From contig NC_068997.1 of assembly GCF_001194135.2 (NCBI RefSeq), forward strand, positions 1,362,559 to 1,426,558: a stretch of 64,000 nt of DNA, given 5' to 3'. The notes beneath the pieces were generated by a model. The model ran no database searches. It was not told the origin of the DNA and saw only the letters and a program-made list of their open reading frames with translations. The DNA comes from Octopus bimaculoides (lineage: Eukaryota). Within the stretch, counting starts at the first letter, position 1, and each line of letters starts with the position of its first letter. The position numbers were made by a program, and so were the translations under genes. Shown here one piece after another: positions 14,440-26,312 of this stretch.

Positions 14440-14830
14440 ATATACTCCCATAATGATATTCCTGGCATGGATTTTTCCAGGCTACTGTTGAACTATGGGT
14501 GTCCTGCCTTACCAGCATGGCTTATAGCTGACCTAAAATTTCTGCCGTAAGAGGATATCGTTGCAAATCAGAGGTGTGTTAGTAACTCACAATTGATGCC
14601 GATGCCCCCTTATCTGTGAATGTTTAAGACAACAGTTTTGACACATACAGCGAAGAGCTTTGGAGAGATTGTCTCCTTGTCTGACATCCTTCTCGAGTGG
14701 TACTCTTACCAACGAAGAGAGTAGAGCTAAAGTAATTAGATGAAAAATAGTCTTTATTATGAAAAAACAATTGCTGCAAAGCCCTTCTGTTACTGTTGCT
14801 CTGTGGTATAACTTTCGAACCAACTTCTAA
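14440..14830 (-). mobile_element. Decayed RTE-type LINE reverse transcriptase fragment
   Basis: RVPLEKDVRQGDNLS (GVRQGD motif, 14658-14707), then GGIGINCELLTHL*FA followed by (D)DIL after a 1-nt deletion, i.e. a broken LTHLRFADDI motif (14549-14610). Confidence 0.75.
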
Positions 14831-15689
14831 ACGTTTAGAAGAAATGAAGGTTTCTGCGGTGACACGCATTATAAGTTTGCGGTGCTCTGCAGAAATTATA
14901 TTTAGGTTGACATAAAATTATGGTGACATTAGTAAATTTGAATGCAAATTTAGGAAAAAAAAAAACTGTCGATAATATATATAAAAAAAGCTTCTTGATC
15001 AAAATTTTGGATAACCAATATAAAGCAAAGAAGAAAACAGTGATAAACTTGCAAACTTATACTGCTCAATTACATCAAAATGCACCTGTAATATTACATT
15101 ATTTTGTACCTCTTCAATACATTGTAGTTGTCAACGTATACAATTGGGATGCGCAGAGATTACAGCGGTACATAACAAAAGTATTATATTTTACACTTAT
15201 ATTAAATTTATTACTTTAATTTCGAATAATTACAATTGTTCTCTTTTATTGTCTGCGTACCTGCTGAGATCTATATCTATTTGAGTTTAACTGGTACTAC
15301 AATTCAAATTAGATAAACGGAAAAATTTCTTCACAAGATTATAAATTACATATTTGAAACTGGCAGTAATTAAAACCGAAAACTAATAGATTTAACATTA
15401 CAAAATTTGAACAAGGCTGAAGAAATATGTTGCAGAAAATAATTGTTAAATGATCATGTTTGTTGAGGTTAGCAGCAAATAAATTAATATTCTCAGTATG
15501 AGAAACTGGAAGAAAATCAGATACACTGAACTGAGTTCTGTCGTTTACCATAACCACATCTTTCAGTTCAAGAGAGGTAAAATGGCCGATTCTGTTAGGT
15601 TGTGCTGCTCTACTACGTAGTAATTAAACAAGACGTGCCCTGTCACGGCAACACATAGACAAAAAGATAGGCAACTTTAAGTTTCACTT

Positions 15690-16011
15690 TATACTCTTTT
15701 ACTCTTTTTTCTTTATTTCAGTCATTTGACTGCGGCCATGCTGGTGGGGACCAGTTAGAATTTTCTTCGGGTTGAGTAGCTCATCCTACACAAAAGGACC
15801 CTGAATAAGGGTTGTTTAAGGATGTTGAGTGAAACAACCTTGTTTCCAGAGGTGAATAATTCAAATCTGAAAGAATTCTTCTCAACACATGGCTATGATG
15901 GTCCCCCACTACTTCTACTTGTGGTAAGAGATGCGCTTATCGCTAGCAACCAAGGGAATGCTCGACTGGCTAAGATCAAACAACTGACAAGCAAATCTGC
16001 TGTAGCCTATC

Positions 16012-16012
<1 letters not shown>
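15690..16012. mobile_element. Composite interspersed repeat: reversed family B tail joined to another repeat body
   Basis: 15690-15745 is the reverse of the family B tail. The rest (ctcaacacatggctatgatg...ctgacaagcaaatctg) is recalled as a common octopus repeat; this is from memory, and there is no second copy in this window. Confidence 0.45.
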
Positions 16013-16014
<2 letters not shown>

Positions 16015-16071
<57 letters not shown>

Positions 16072-16142
16072 CATTATTGTTGTTGTTGTTTTTGTTACTA
16101 TTATCATTATTATTATTATTGTTGTTGTTGTTGTTGTTGTTG

Positions 16143-16173
<31 letters not shown>

Positions 16174-16183
16174 CATCATTATT
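16015..16183. repeat. Compound (TTA)n/(TTG)n microsatellite
   Basis: Visible directly; abuts the 3' end of the Dong-like element. Confidence 0.95.
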
Positions 16184-17463
16184 TTATGTTTGACTTTTGC
16201 TTTGCATTTGTACAAGTTGGCTCCAAGTCTCACCCAGAGGCCTCAAGAGACAACAAGTTATAAGTTCATGTTGGTGTTATGCCATGTATTTGATTTTGTA
16301 CATAGTGTTTTAGAGAATGTTTAAGAAACTATATGAAAATTATGTGTTTGTTTTAAAATTTGAGATTACATAGTATTTTACGTAGAATATGGGCAGTTCT
16401 CATGAGCACTATCTTTTGAAATTCTGCCATTTTGGGGTTTCCTGGTATCTGAACTAGGTAGCAATCAGCCCCTTTTGCTATCATTCCTAGGGCACCTATG
16501 ACAACAGGTATTGTTTTAGTCTCTAGGTTCCACATTTTGTTAATTTCTATTTCAAGCTCTTTTGCTCTGTCAAGTCCATACTTGTTGAAAAATGTCCAAT
16601 GGACAATACTTGCTATGTTGTCATGATGTCTCTTATATTCTTTCTGAGCTAATGGCGTACATTGACTGGTAAGATGCCACACGGTTTCACCATTTTGCCC
16701 ACAAATTCTGCACTTATCACTTTATGATGTGTTGTCTATTTTGTATTTGATGTGATTGGTTCTTAATGCTTGCTCTTGGGCTGAACAGATTAAATCCTCC
16801 GTTTCCGGTTTTAAATCACTTTTAGTCATTCACAGCCATCTTTTTTCTCTGTCTGTCTTATCTCGAACATCCTTATGAAATTGACTATGCATTCTTTTCT
16901 TTACCCACCTATTTTCAGTTTTATTCGTTTTCAATTGCTTGTACAGTGCTTTAAGTTTGCAATCTTTCATCCTACACAAGCCTGACCTTCTTCTTATAAT
17001 AACGGTTCTGTGGCATTTTTTACATACCATGCTATGTTGTTTTCTTCTGCTCTAATGCTGAGTTCGTATCAAATACGTCCTCTTCTCCCTCTTTTTTTTT
17101 CGTACATACAGTCTGTGTGTGTTACTAGCTAGCAACTTGCTTGTCTTTCTGTCTAAGCTGTTTAGTTCGTCTACAGTCCATGCGATTACTCCCGTTCCAT
17201 ATCCAAGGAGTGAAGCCTCCCAGGTGTTGATAGCTTTAATCTTATTCCGTCCGTTTAATTTTGACTTAAGGATCAGTCTCAGTCTGCGCAAGTTTCCCAT
17301 CTTAAATTTTTCTGTAATTTCTTTCTCCATCATTTTATCCATTTTTCGAATATCCCCAAGTACTTATAGCCCGTCTCTTCAATTTGCTTTATAACCTCCC
17401 TTGACGGTATCGTTAGCCCGTCCATACATTTGATTTTGCTTCTCTTCAAGACTAACGCACCAC

Positions 17464-17465
<2 letters not shown>
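16184..17465 (-). mobile_element. 5'-truncated, decayed R4/Dong-clade (R2 superfamily) non-LTR retrotransposon
   Basis: Minus-strand translation gives the late RT motif ...EVIKQIEETGYKYLGI, then LRRLRLILKSKLNGRNKIKAINTW, W-KK-MHSQF, and the CCHC region KCRICGQNGETVWHLTSQC...EYKRHHDNIASIVHW. The C-terminus is TIPVVIGALG...TAHILRKIL* (stop at 16353), followed by a 3'UTR of about 170 nt. Several frameshifts/stops. Both ends abut (TAA)n on the element strand. Confidence 0.9.
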
Positions 17466-17526
<61 letters not shown>

Positions 17527-17527
17527 T

Positions 17528-17602
<75 letters not shown>
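17466..17602. repeat. Compound (TTA)n(TTG)n(TTA)n microsatellite
   Basis: Visible directly; abuts the 5' truncation of the Dong-like element. Confidence 0.95.
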
Positions 17603-17603
<1 letters not shown>

Positions 17604-17604
17604 G

Positions 17605-17735
17605 TCAGTAAAGTGACAGCATTATTAGCACGCCGTGCAAAAGGCTTAACGGAATTTTGTCCATGTTTGCGTTCTGAGTTCAAATTCGAGCGAGGTCGAC
17701 TTTACCTTTCATCCTTTCGTGGCCGATAATAAAAT
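17605..17735 (+). mobile_element. SINE family C copy
   Basis: gttctgagttcaaatt (B box) followed by gaggtcgactttacctttcatcctttcg; head preceded by (TTA)n. Confidence 0.8.
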
Positions 17736-17745
17736 CTCATGCTTA

Positions 17746-18615
17746 CAGGGGTCGACTTTAAAGTTCACAGCTTGATCAACATACTTTCATGGAATGTGAC
17801 TAAATGAGGTTTATTTTTCATCATAGTCCCTCTTGCGGTCCACACACTTGTTCCATCGGTGTTACAGTGATTGGGTACTATTTTTGTAGAAGCTTACTGC
17901 GATACCGGTTCGTAACGAAGTGTTTTTATATGTTGGGGAACAGACGCTTGCCAGATGGGCCAAATCAAGAGAATAGGGAGGGTGATCAGCAAGTTCAAAG
18001 CCACAGTCACGCACAGCTGTCATTGAAACCAAGGACTTGTGTGCTGGAGCATAGTTCTGATGAAAAATACTTTCCGTCAGTTTTTTCTGGGCGTTTGGTC
18101 GTGATAGCTTATCGTAACTACCTCAGCAAGTTGGCATAGTACTCTCCGTTGATGGTGCATTCCTTTTGAAGACAGTGAATAAACGCAATGTCTTGTGCAT
18201 GCCCCCCAAAACTGAAGCCATTACTTTCCATTCAGATGAAACGGCCTTGGCTTCCTTTGGAGCAGGGGAAGTAGGGTGCTTTCAATGCATAGATTTTCTC
18301 TTTGCCTCTCTCGCACAAAGTGATGAAACCAACACTCATCCTGGGTTAGGAAACGTTCAAAGAAACCAGTTTGATCTCTCTCATACTATGTCAGGTTTTC
18401 CCATGCTGTGATCAGTAGGGTGCGCTTTTGATTATATGCCAGAAAACGTCGCACCCACTGAGCAGAAGTCTTCGTCAGACTTAGTTCATTTTGTTGAATA
18501 TTCACTCTACTCGGAGGTGAACACGATCAATATTTTCCTCGGTGATGGCAGCTGCAAGACGTCCAGACCTTGGGTCATCTCCAAGACTTTCCCTTTCCCG
18601 CTTAAATTCAGCTCC
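17746..18615 (-). mobile_element. Mariner transposon remnant (transposase pseudogene, 5' end missing)
   Basis: Minus-strand peptides AEFKRERESLGDDPRSGR, SAQWVRRFL (WVPxxL motif), DECWFHH, VMASV, FHQNYAPAHKSLVS, HPPYSLDLA (YSPDLAP motif) and a GDYxEK*-type end with stop at 17811-17813. A TA followed by a caggggt... terminus lies at 17744-17752. Confidence 0.9.
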
Positions 18616-18712
18616 TAAATTATTAATAAGAAGGGTTCAAATTAATGCATGCAAGATTTCACATCACTTTCTTAACTTCTTCATAGTCAGCCTTTCAACT
18701 TTTCAGTCCTCC

Positions 18713-18715
<3 letters not shown>

Positions 18716-18809
<94 letters not shown>
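18716..18809. repeat. (TTA)n microsatellite
   Basis: Visible directly. Confidence 0.95.
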
Positions 18810-18958
18810 CAGGTGACTAGTTGGCATAAGTGTTAACGTGTCTGACAAAATACTTCCAATTTCTTCCAAGTGTAAGTTTGGAGTTGAATTCCTGCCGAGG
18901 CCAATATTTCTTTCCATCCATCTCTGGCGGAGACAGAATATGGAATAGTATCGACTTC
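18810..18958 (+). mobile_element. Decayed SINE family C copy
   Basis: ggagttgaattcctgccgagg...tttccatcc; directly follows (TTA)n. Confidence 0.55.
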
Positions 18959-19129
18959 TTCTCTCTTATCATTATTGCTGTACTTGTGCTAACATTTGAA
19001 GCAAATATTATTATTGACTTTCGTAGTGTGAAAATTCGCTCTCAAAATATTTCATTTCAACCATTAATAAATAAAATTTTCTTTAAAATACTTGGAAAGC
19101 AACTATAATTTTTTAAGGAGGGGTTTCCT

Positions 19130-19640
19130 TCAATATCCAGTGGTAGACAACTCTGAATAGAATTTTCCATAGACATCGAAATTTAGATATAACTCGAATA
19201 GTTTGGCAGCTGCTTCTTGGAAAGGAAGTGGGGGTAATGTTAAGTGTATCTGCGGCTGTATATGTGTTTGTTGAGGTGAGGGAAGGCTGTGTATGTACAG
19301 ATAGAAAATAATAGGCCTAATGGTACGCCATTAAAGAAATAGGTTCTCCTGGAAGTACTGGTCTCATGTACGACACAGGATTGATGCTGAGTACATTGCT
19401 GATTGTAAACTGTCTTGAAACTTTGAACGCTTTCTGTATCAGTAGACAGAGGGAATGTAGTCGATGGTAGTTAGAAAGGTATGCCTGGAAGGAATTTTGT
19501 TGTTGAAGGAATCGGATCTTTTCTCGGTTAGGATATTATGAACCGTGTGGTGGTCTGGATCCATGTTGTGATTTGACAAGGGGAAAGTGTGGGCAAGCGA
19601 TGTCATTTTGTAAAATTTGGACGAGTATTCCTTGGAAATG
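19130..19640 (-). mobile_element. Decayed LINE RT fragment (I/Jockey-like)
   Basis: Ordered RT motif relics on the minus strand: SQHGSRP (19557-19568), TTID...KAF, NGVPLG (19315-19332) and ADTLNIT (YADDxTIT relic, 19233-19253), with frameshifts. Confidence 0.6.
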
Positions 19641-20902
19641 ATATTTAATTTGGGTTTGAATTCGGCTGTAACCCACCGCAGATAAAATTAATAGGGAAGT
19701 CTCTTGTAATTGCATTGATAATACATTGGTATAATATGTAAAGAGGTGAAATGGCTGAGTGTTGGTATTTAGCTTCCATTTAATAGATTCTGAGTTCGAA
19801 TGCACCGAAGATATTTCAATGTTGCTGGGTCGAATTCTTCATACCAGAGCATCTTTGAAAGAAAAACACTATATCCAAGGTCAGATTTATATATTATCTA
19901 TTTAATGCAATTGCATCACAGAACCGTGTTAGGGTGTGATTTCTAGCAGGCACAGTGACTGGATAGTGGCTACCGCGTTACCTCTTCTAAAATTAGTCAC
20001 CGAACATTATCCATTTTGTCAATCTGTGTGGGATGAAAAGTTTACTCTAGGAGGACTGAATTTAGACGGGTGTTGTAATATTTTCTGATTCTGTATTATT
20101 GCAGCCACACATTTTACTGAACATTGTTCCAATAAGTATTGCAGTTTCTGACTATTCCAAACTACTATCACATCTCAGCCTTATTGGCAACATGTCGAAT
20201 GTCTTACAGTCTCATGAACACATTTATCAGTATATCATATAAAGATTTTTCTTATTTCAAACATAAAAGAACAAAATAGAAATGTCCGCCATTTTCCTTT
20301 CAACTTCCGCTTAAAGATGTTTCCAGTGACTGTTTGAATTAGGCGTGGAATATTGCCTGTTTCTAAACATAACTCTGAGATTATCCTAAGCCAAGATGTA
20401 CAACGCTTGCAGCTGTATTATTCACAAACAATAACAGTTGCAGTGGGTGTGAGAACACCTACTACACACGCACACACACGATCACACACATATTTATGTG
20501 TGTGTATGTATCAACCAACAACGTGTGCTGATGATAGATAAGCGTGGGTTTGTATGTATATTGTATGAGAAAAATATAATTTAACACTAGCATATATCAT
20601 ACATGCACATGAATGCACCAACTTACATATATACATAACGGACACATGCATGTATACATACACATGCACATACAATGTACACACACACACACACACACAC
20701 AGACACACATGCACATACATTTGAATATACATTACATATAAGGATTCAAAACCTTTAATCTGAATTAATGTGTGAAGGAATTATGAATGGTACACTGAGC
20801 ATAAACATTATTAACGAAACACGGAGCTTGTGTTATCAGCAGATGCGATACATATACTCTCATTGTAAGCTTCGTTACTACAGTATTTATGAATGCGTGT
20901 GA

Positions 20903-20940
<38 letters not shown>

Positions 20941-21347
20941 CAGTTTGCTTCAAACACTACCAACTGTGTCAAAAAAATGTGTTATACAGGGGCTACAGTA
21001 TTACAAATAAGACATTTAATATGAAGAAAAAGGAAGATATAGAAATGTTACCTAAAAATATTCATAGTTTTGAGTTGAAATTCCTTTACATAAGTTTTAC
21101 ACGTTCGTTCTGCTGGCTTGTCAAATTCTCGTTCGTAATATGTGAGTAATATGTGTTGGGATGTAGAATTTAGAGCTGTTGGGTCAGTTTTAAGGATTAA
21201 AGTAGAATGGAATGTGATACCTCCACCATAAAACTGATAGAAGGAAGTGTGTCAAGAATTGGGAAGTATAGTATTTATAGTATCCATTGGTACTAATTCA
21301 ATTCTGATTGATTTTCTTGTTTAAGTTTCTACATATTCCAGATGTTG

Positions 21348-21710
21348 TGGAGGCGCAATGGCCCAGTGGTTAGGGCAGCGGACTCGCGGTCATAGGATCG
21401 CGGTTTCGATTCCCAGACCGGGCGTTGTGAGTGTTTATTGAGCGAAAACACCTAAAGCTCCACGAGGCTCCGGCAGGGGATGGTGGCGAACCCGGCTGTA
21501 CTCTTTCACCACAGCTTTCTCTCACTCTTACTTCCTGTTTCTGTTGTGCCTGTAATTCAAAGGGTCAGCCTTGTCACACTCTGTGTCACGCTGAATATCC
21601 CCGAGAACTACGTTAAGGGTACACGTGTCTGTGGAGTGCTCAGCCACTTGTACGTTAATTTCACGAGCAGGCTGTTCCGTTGATCGGATCAACTGGAAGC
21701 CTCGACGTCG
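21348..21710 (+). mobile_element. Near full-length tRNA-derived SINE (family A)
   Basis: A box TGGCCCAGTGG and B box GGTTTCGATTCCC in a tRNA-like head. The body matches the copy at 29358-29683 in reverse orientation and the fragment at 14135-14310. Confidence 0.9.
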
Positions 21711-22901
21711 CTATGGAAAGCATTGCGGCGAATAGCATAATATGTACGGTCGTTGAACTTTGATAACTTGAAGGAAACTGGTTGATTGACTTTCGCTTCT
21801 TGGGATTGAGGCCCTGAAAGTGAAGTCTAACGGATACTCTGGATATTCGTTGATTTTCGGAAATCTCCGGAGATATGTATTATGACTCGCCCGATCATCT
21901 GTTCCACTGCGGCTGTTCTAGATATGGGCGAGTAAGATATTTTTATTTACTCGGCCTTAGCACAGATTGAAAGAATTGATTTCTTGATTTGTAGTAGAAA
22001 ACAGATCTCTGCAGGCAATTTTCTTGGGCAAAGTGGTTTTGACGTTACATACTTAAGTTGGAAGGGAAGTTGAGAGAGTGACAGATCTAGCGTCACAAGC
22101 TGTTCGATTCTGATTCTTATGTTCGAATTCAAATGTGAGCCAACGTTGATCTTCATGACAGTTCTTTATGCCATCTTAAATTCACTGAACTTCCGAACAA
22201 ACACCGAACTGAATTAAGGAATCTAAACTATTTTCTCAGCAGGTGATAGTTGACAGCCCACACGAGTTAGCCAGAGTTTTCTGTATGTGCAGTCCAATGA
22301 CTGGTTGCATCTGCTGCTGTGGATGGTTTTCTGAGAGAGCTGTAACACTGCTGACATCTGCTTATTGGAGCTCAATATGAAAACTGGAAGATTTCTGTTT
22401 TCAGAATGGAGAATGACAAGAATGGATAATCTGCTATTCTTTCTGTAGACAACTCCATTTCCCGAAAGAAAATCATGTTTGATGACGTTAATGATTCACG
22501 CAATGGAGATAGTGAAAATATGTCGAGGCAAACACGCATCGCTGATTTACAGACACACGGATACACACATAACGCGTACGCGTGCGCGTATCAGTAAATA
22601 AGTATAGAAAGATGCAAACAATAGGAATATGAAGAAATTTTCTTTATTACAGATCGGGTTCAATATACAGCATATAGAATTACCTGATAACCAAAATCTT
22701 GGATTGGAGTCTTTTTTACAGCCGACAGCAGCAACAAACATAGCTTTTATTTACAACTTCTCAAAGACAGCAACAATCTATTATGCCAAACGAATATACG
22801 AATTATACATTGGAAACCATTTAAGATGTAATACATAGGTATTGGAATACACACACGCATACTCACACATATGGATGTACACTTGTTCATATATACATAA
22901 T

Positions 22902-22903
<2 letters not shown>

Positions 22904-22980
<77 letters not shown>

Positions 22981-23035
22981 GTCTATCAATCAATCAATCG
23001 ATGAATCAATCAATCAATCAATCAATCGATCAATC
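22904..23035. repeat. (TCTA)n followed by (TCAA)n
   Basis: Visible directly. Confidence 0.95.
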
Positions 23036-23510
23036 AGACCTTTCTATGCTGATGAATCACTTCTTCGACACTGAATTTCTCGCTTTTGTGTAGTTTTTCG
23101 AGCGACGTACAGCTGAAAGAAATTACCAACACAAAACACTCACAGCAGTGAAGGAGTGAGCCAGCAGCTTCGAACTAAGAATCCAGTTTTATTACAACAA
23201 TTTAGTACATTCTTCAGCGTACACCAAAAATGCATGTACATGTGTGTATATAGATATGCTACGTAAGTGTGTATGTGTGGCATATATGCAAAATTTATCG
23301 CGATGGGTACTTATATATATATATATATATATATATATTGACTCGCACAAGCATGAATCTATGTCTATATTTTTATTTACTTAACAGTTTAACTCAACTT
23401 CATATAACTCAAAGTTTGGAGAGCGTCATAACACCTCAATGCATTGAGTGTTATTATTTTCATTGTTCACTAGTTTATATGAGTGTATATATATATGTAT
23501 TAGACAAATA

Positions 23511-23852
23511 TAGGCGCAGGAGTGGCTGTGTGGTAAGTAGCTTCGGCAAGTGTCTTCTACTATAGGTTCGGGCCGACTAAAGCCTTGTGAGTGAATTTGG
23601 TAGACAGAAACTGTGTGTGTGTGTGTGTATATGTGTGTGTGTATGTGTGTTTGTGTTTGTTCCCACCAGCATGGCTTCGCAACTGATGCTGGTGAATTTA
23701 TGTCCCCATAACTTAGCGGTTCGGCAAAAATCACCGATAGAATAAGTACTAGGCTTACAACGAATAAGTCCTGGGGTCGATTTGCTCGACTAAAGGTAGC
23801 GCTTCAGCATGACCGCAGTCAAAATCACTGAAACAAGTAAAAGAGTAAAAGA
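23511..23852 (+). mobile_element. SINE family B copy with the B-box region deleted
   Basis: taggcgcaggagtggctgtgtggtaagtagctt joined directly to cggcaagtgtctt; intact 3' part ending in aaaagagtaaaaga. Confidence 0.85.
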
Positions 23853-24260
23853 ATATATATATNNNNNNNNNNATATATATATATATATAATTTTTCAAAG
23901 TATATATGTATGTATGTATTTGTACAGCCACATGTGTACATATGTGTCTGTGTATTTCTATATTAGACATATTAATAGTCTCGACTCAATTTTTCGCTTA
24001 TGTTAATCTGTAAATTCATGAAATAAGATACACTGTTATTTACGGTTTTATTTATGTCTGAAGCCAATTATGATTTAATTCAGAATTTTGACATGATTGA
24101 AACGAAAATTATATTACTCGTTTTAACTCCAAAATTCATTTTTTTTCCTCACCCGATAAAAACAAATATTTTGAAATATACTAGTAAATAAATATTTTTC
24201 TTAATCTTACATAAACCGAGATGCTCATTGATAAAAATACGTGCACATAAATATATGCAT

Positions 24261-24262
<2 letters not shown>

Positions 24263-24333
<71 letters not shown>
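24263..24333. repeat. (CA)n microsatellite
   Basis: Visible directly. Confidence 0.95.
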
Positions 24334-24344
<11 letters not shown>

Positions 24345-24399
24345 GTATGTATGTGTGCATGTGTATGGGTGTGCGCGTTTGTGTATGTCTGCAATACAA

Positions 24400-24485
24400 G
24401 TTTTTGTCATTCCCGCTCTGTTTATTTTCTCTTATTCCTTTCTGCTGAAGAGCATAAGATCGAAATGTAAAAGACTTTTTCCATC
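24400..24485 (+). mobile_element. Decayed second copy of the PLE-like repeat
   Basis: cctttctgctgaagagcataagatcgaaatgtaaaagacttt aligns with the reverse of 53236-53277; truncated by a gap. Confidence 0.5.
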
Positions 24486-25330
24486 NNNNNNNNNNNNNNN
24501 NNNNNNNNNNNNNNNNNNNNNNNNNNNNNNNNNNNNNNNNNNNNNNNNNNNNNNNNNNNNNNNNNNNNNNNNNNNNNNNNNNNNNNNNNNNNNNNNNNNN
24601 NNNNNNNNNNNNNNNNNNNNNNNNNNNNNNNNNNNNNNNNNNNNNNNNNNNNNNNNNNNNNNNNNNNNNNNNNNNNNNNNNNNNNNNNNNNNNNNNNNNN
24701 NNNNNNNNNNNNNNNNNNNNNNNNNNNNNNNNNNNNNNNNNNNNNNNNNNNNNNNNNNNNNNNNNNNNNNNNNNNNNNNNNNNNNNNNNNNNNNNNNNNN
24801 NNNNNATATATATGTATATATATATGCATACACATATATGTGTGTGTATATGTACGTATATATGTATGCATGTATGTATGTATGTATGTATGTATGTATG
24901 TATGCTCACTGATATGTACACATATGCGTGTATATTTCCCACCATCGTTACTGTGTTTCAGTGTCTTTCAATGCTATTGGTAAGAACAATTGGAAAATCT
25001 AGTTTGACATTTTACAGCTTTTTAATCTTTTTCAATTTTCCCTGTATTTTTAACTTGTAGTTGCTTCATTTTGTGAAAAATGAGAACTTTCTGAATGACA
25101 AAATTAATAGTTATAAGGTTCTATAATCTGCAAACTAGAATAATCTTTACCTTGGTCCTAAAACAATATATGCAAACACGGAGGATTAAGGGGAGAAATA
25201 AATTTTGAGACTGATTGGAGTAGTCACACGTAATCAAAATTCGACAGAGAGACACAGATACACTGTGATTCAGCTTGTGTGAGTGTATATATGTATGTAT
25301 GAATGCATTTATGTTTGTATGCACACACGT

Positions 25331-25373
<43 letters not shown>

Positions 25374-25417
25374 CTCGATTTTATATATATATTTAAGGGA
25401 ATGGTTATTGACACAGA

Positions 25418-25476
<59 letters not shown>

Positions 25477-26276
25477 AAAGACTTGCATCGATCTGTATGG
25501 CATATACAATTTCACGTGCCATATCTATCTATCTATCTATGCGTATATATATATTATATATATCATACATTATATATATATTATATATCATACATTATAT
25601 ATATATATTTTATACATTATATATATGCATTTATATGTATATATACACACGCGTATATGTATATATGTGTGTGTGGTGGGTGCATACATGCTACAGATAT
25701 AGATCACCTTTTATGGTCAGGTACAACTTTACCTAAAATAATACAGCAACGGTTTACCAAAATTTAAGAACTCTCATCTCTGAAGAGAGTTTTAAAAAAC
25801 GAGACAAACATTGTCCTGTATGAGACTCCAGTCTTTAGCAGATAATTTTCCCAGAAAAGCCTAATATTTGCATTCCGCTTGAACAACTGAGGGAATGCAG
25901 AATAAATTTTCTGACACACATATTTATGAAGAATCCCCCAACGTATGCGAGATTTGATCTCGCCCTACATGAGTTGTCGATGAATAACATTACCCTTTTA
26001 GCCAACACCCCGGTTAAAAAAAAAATGGGTGTTACACCATTATATATGAAAGATATTTAGAGTTTATTTAGGAAATCTATAATCGTTCCTGTTGCTACGA
26101 CATATAAAAGTGTCGCATGAGGCATTTAACTACGCAAGTCTAGAAATGGTACTACAAGAAGTACTTCACACAAACACATGTATATATCTACATATACACA
26201 CATGTATAAATCTATGCATACAAACATCTATATATTTGTATATACGCATTGGTATATATAACTACACTCAAACACG

Positions 26277-26312
<36 letters not shown>

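Noticed and set aside
21348-21425. tRNA-like sequence with A and B boxes
   Set aside because: It continues into a SINE body present in several copies and lacks a proper acceptor stem; it is a SINE head, not a tRNA gene.
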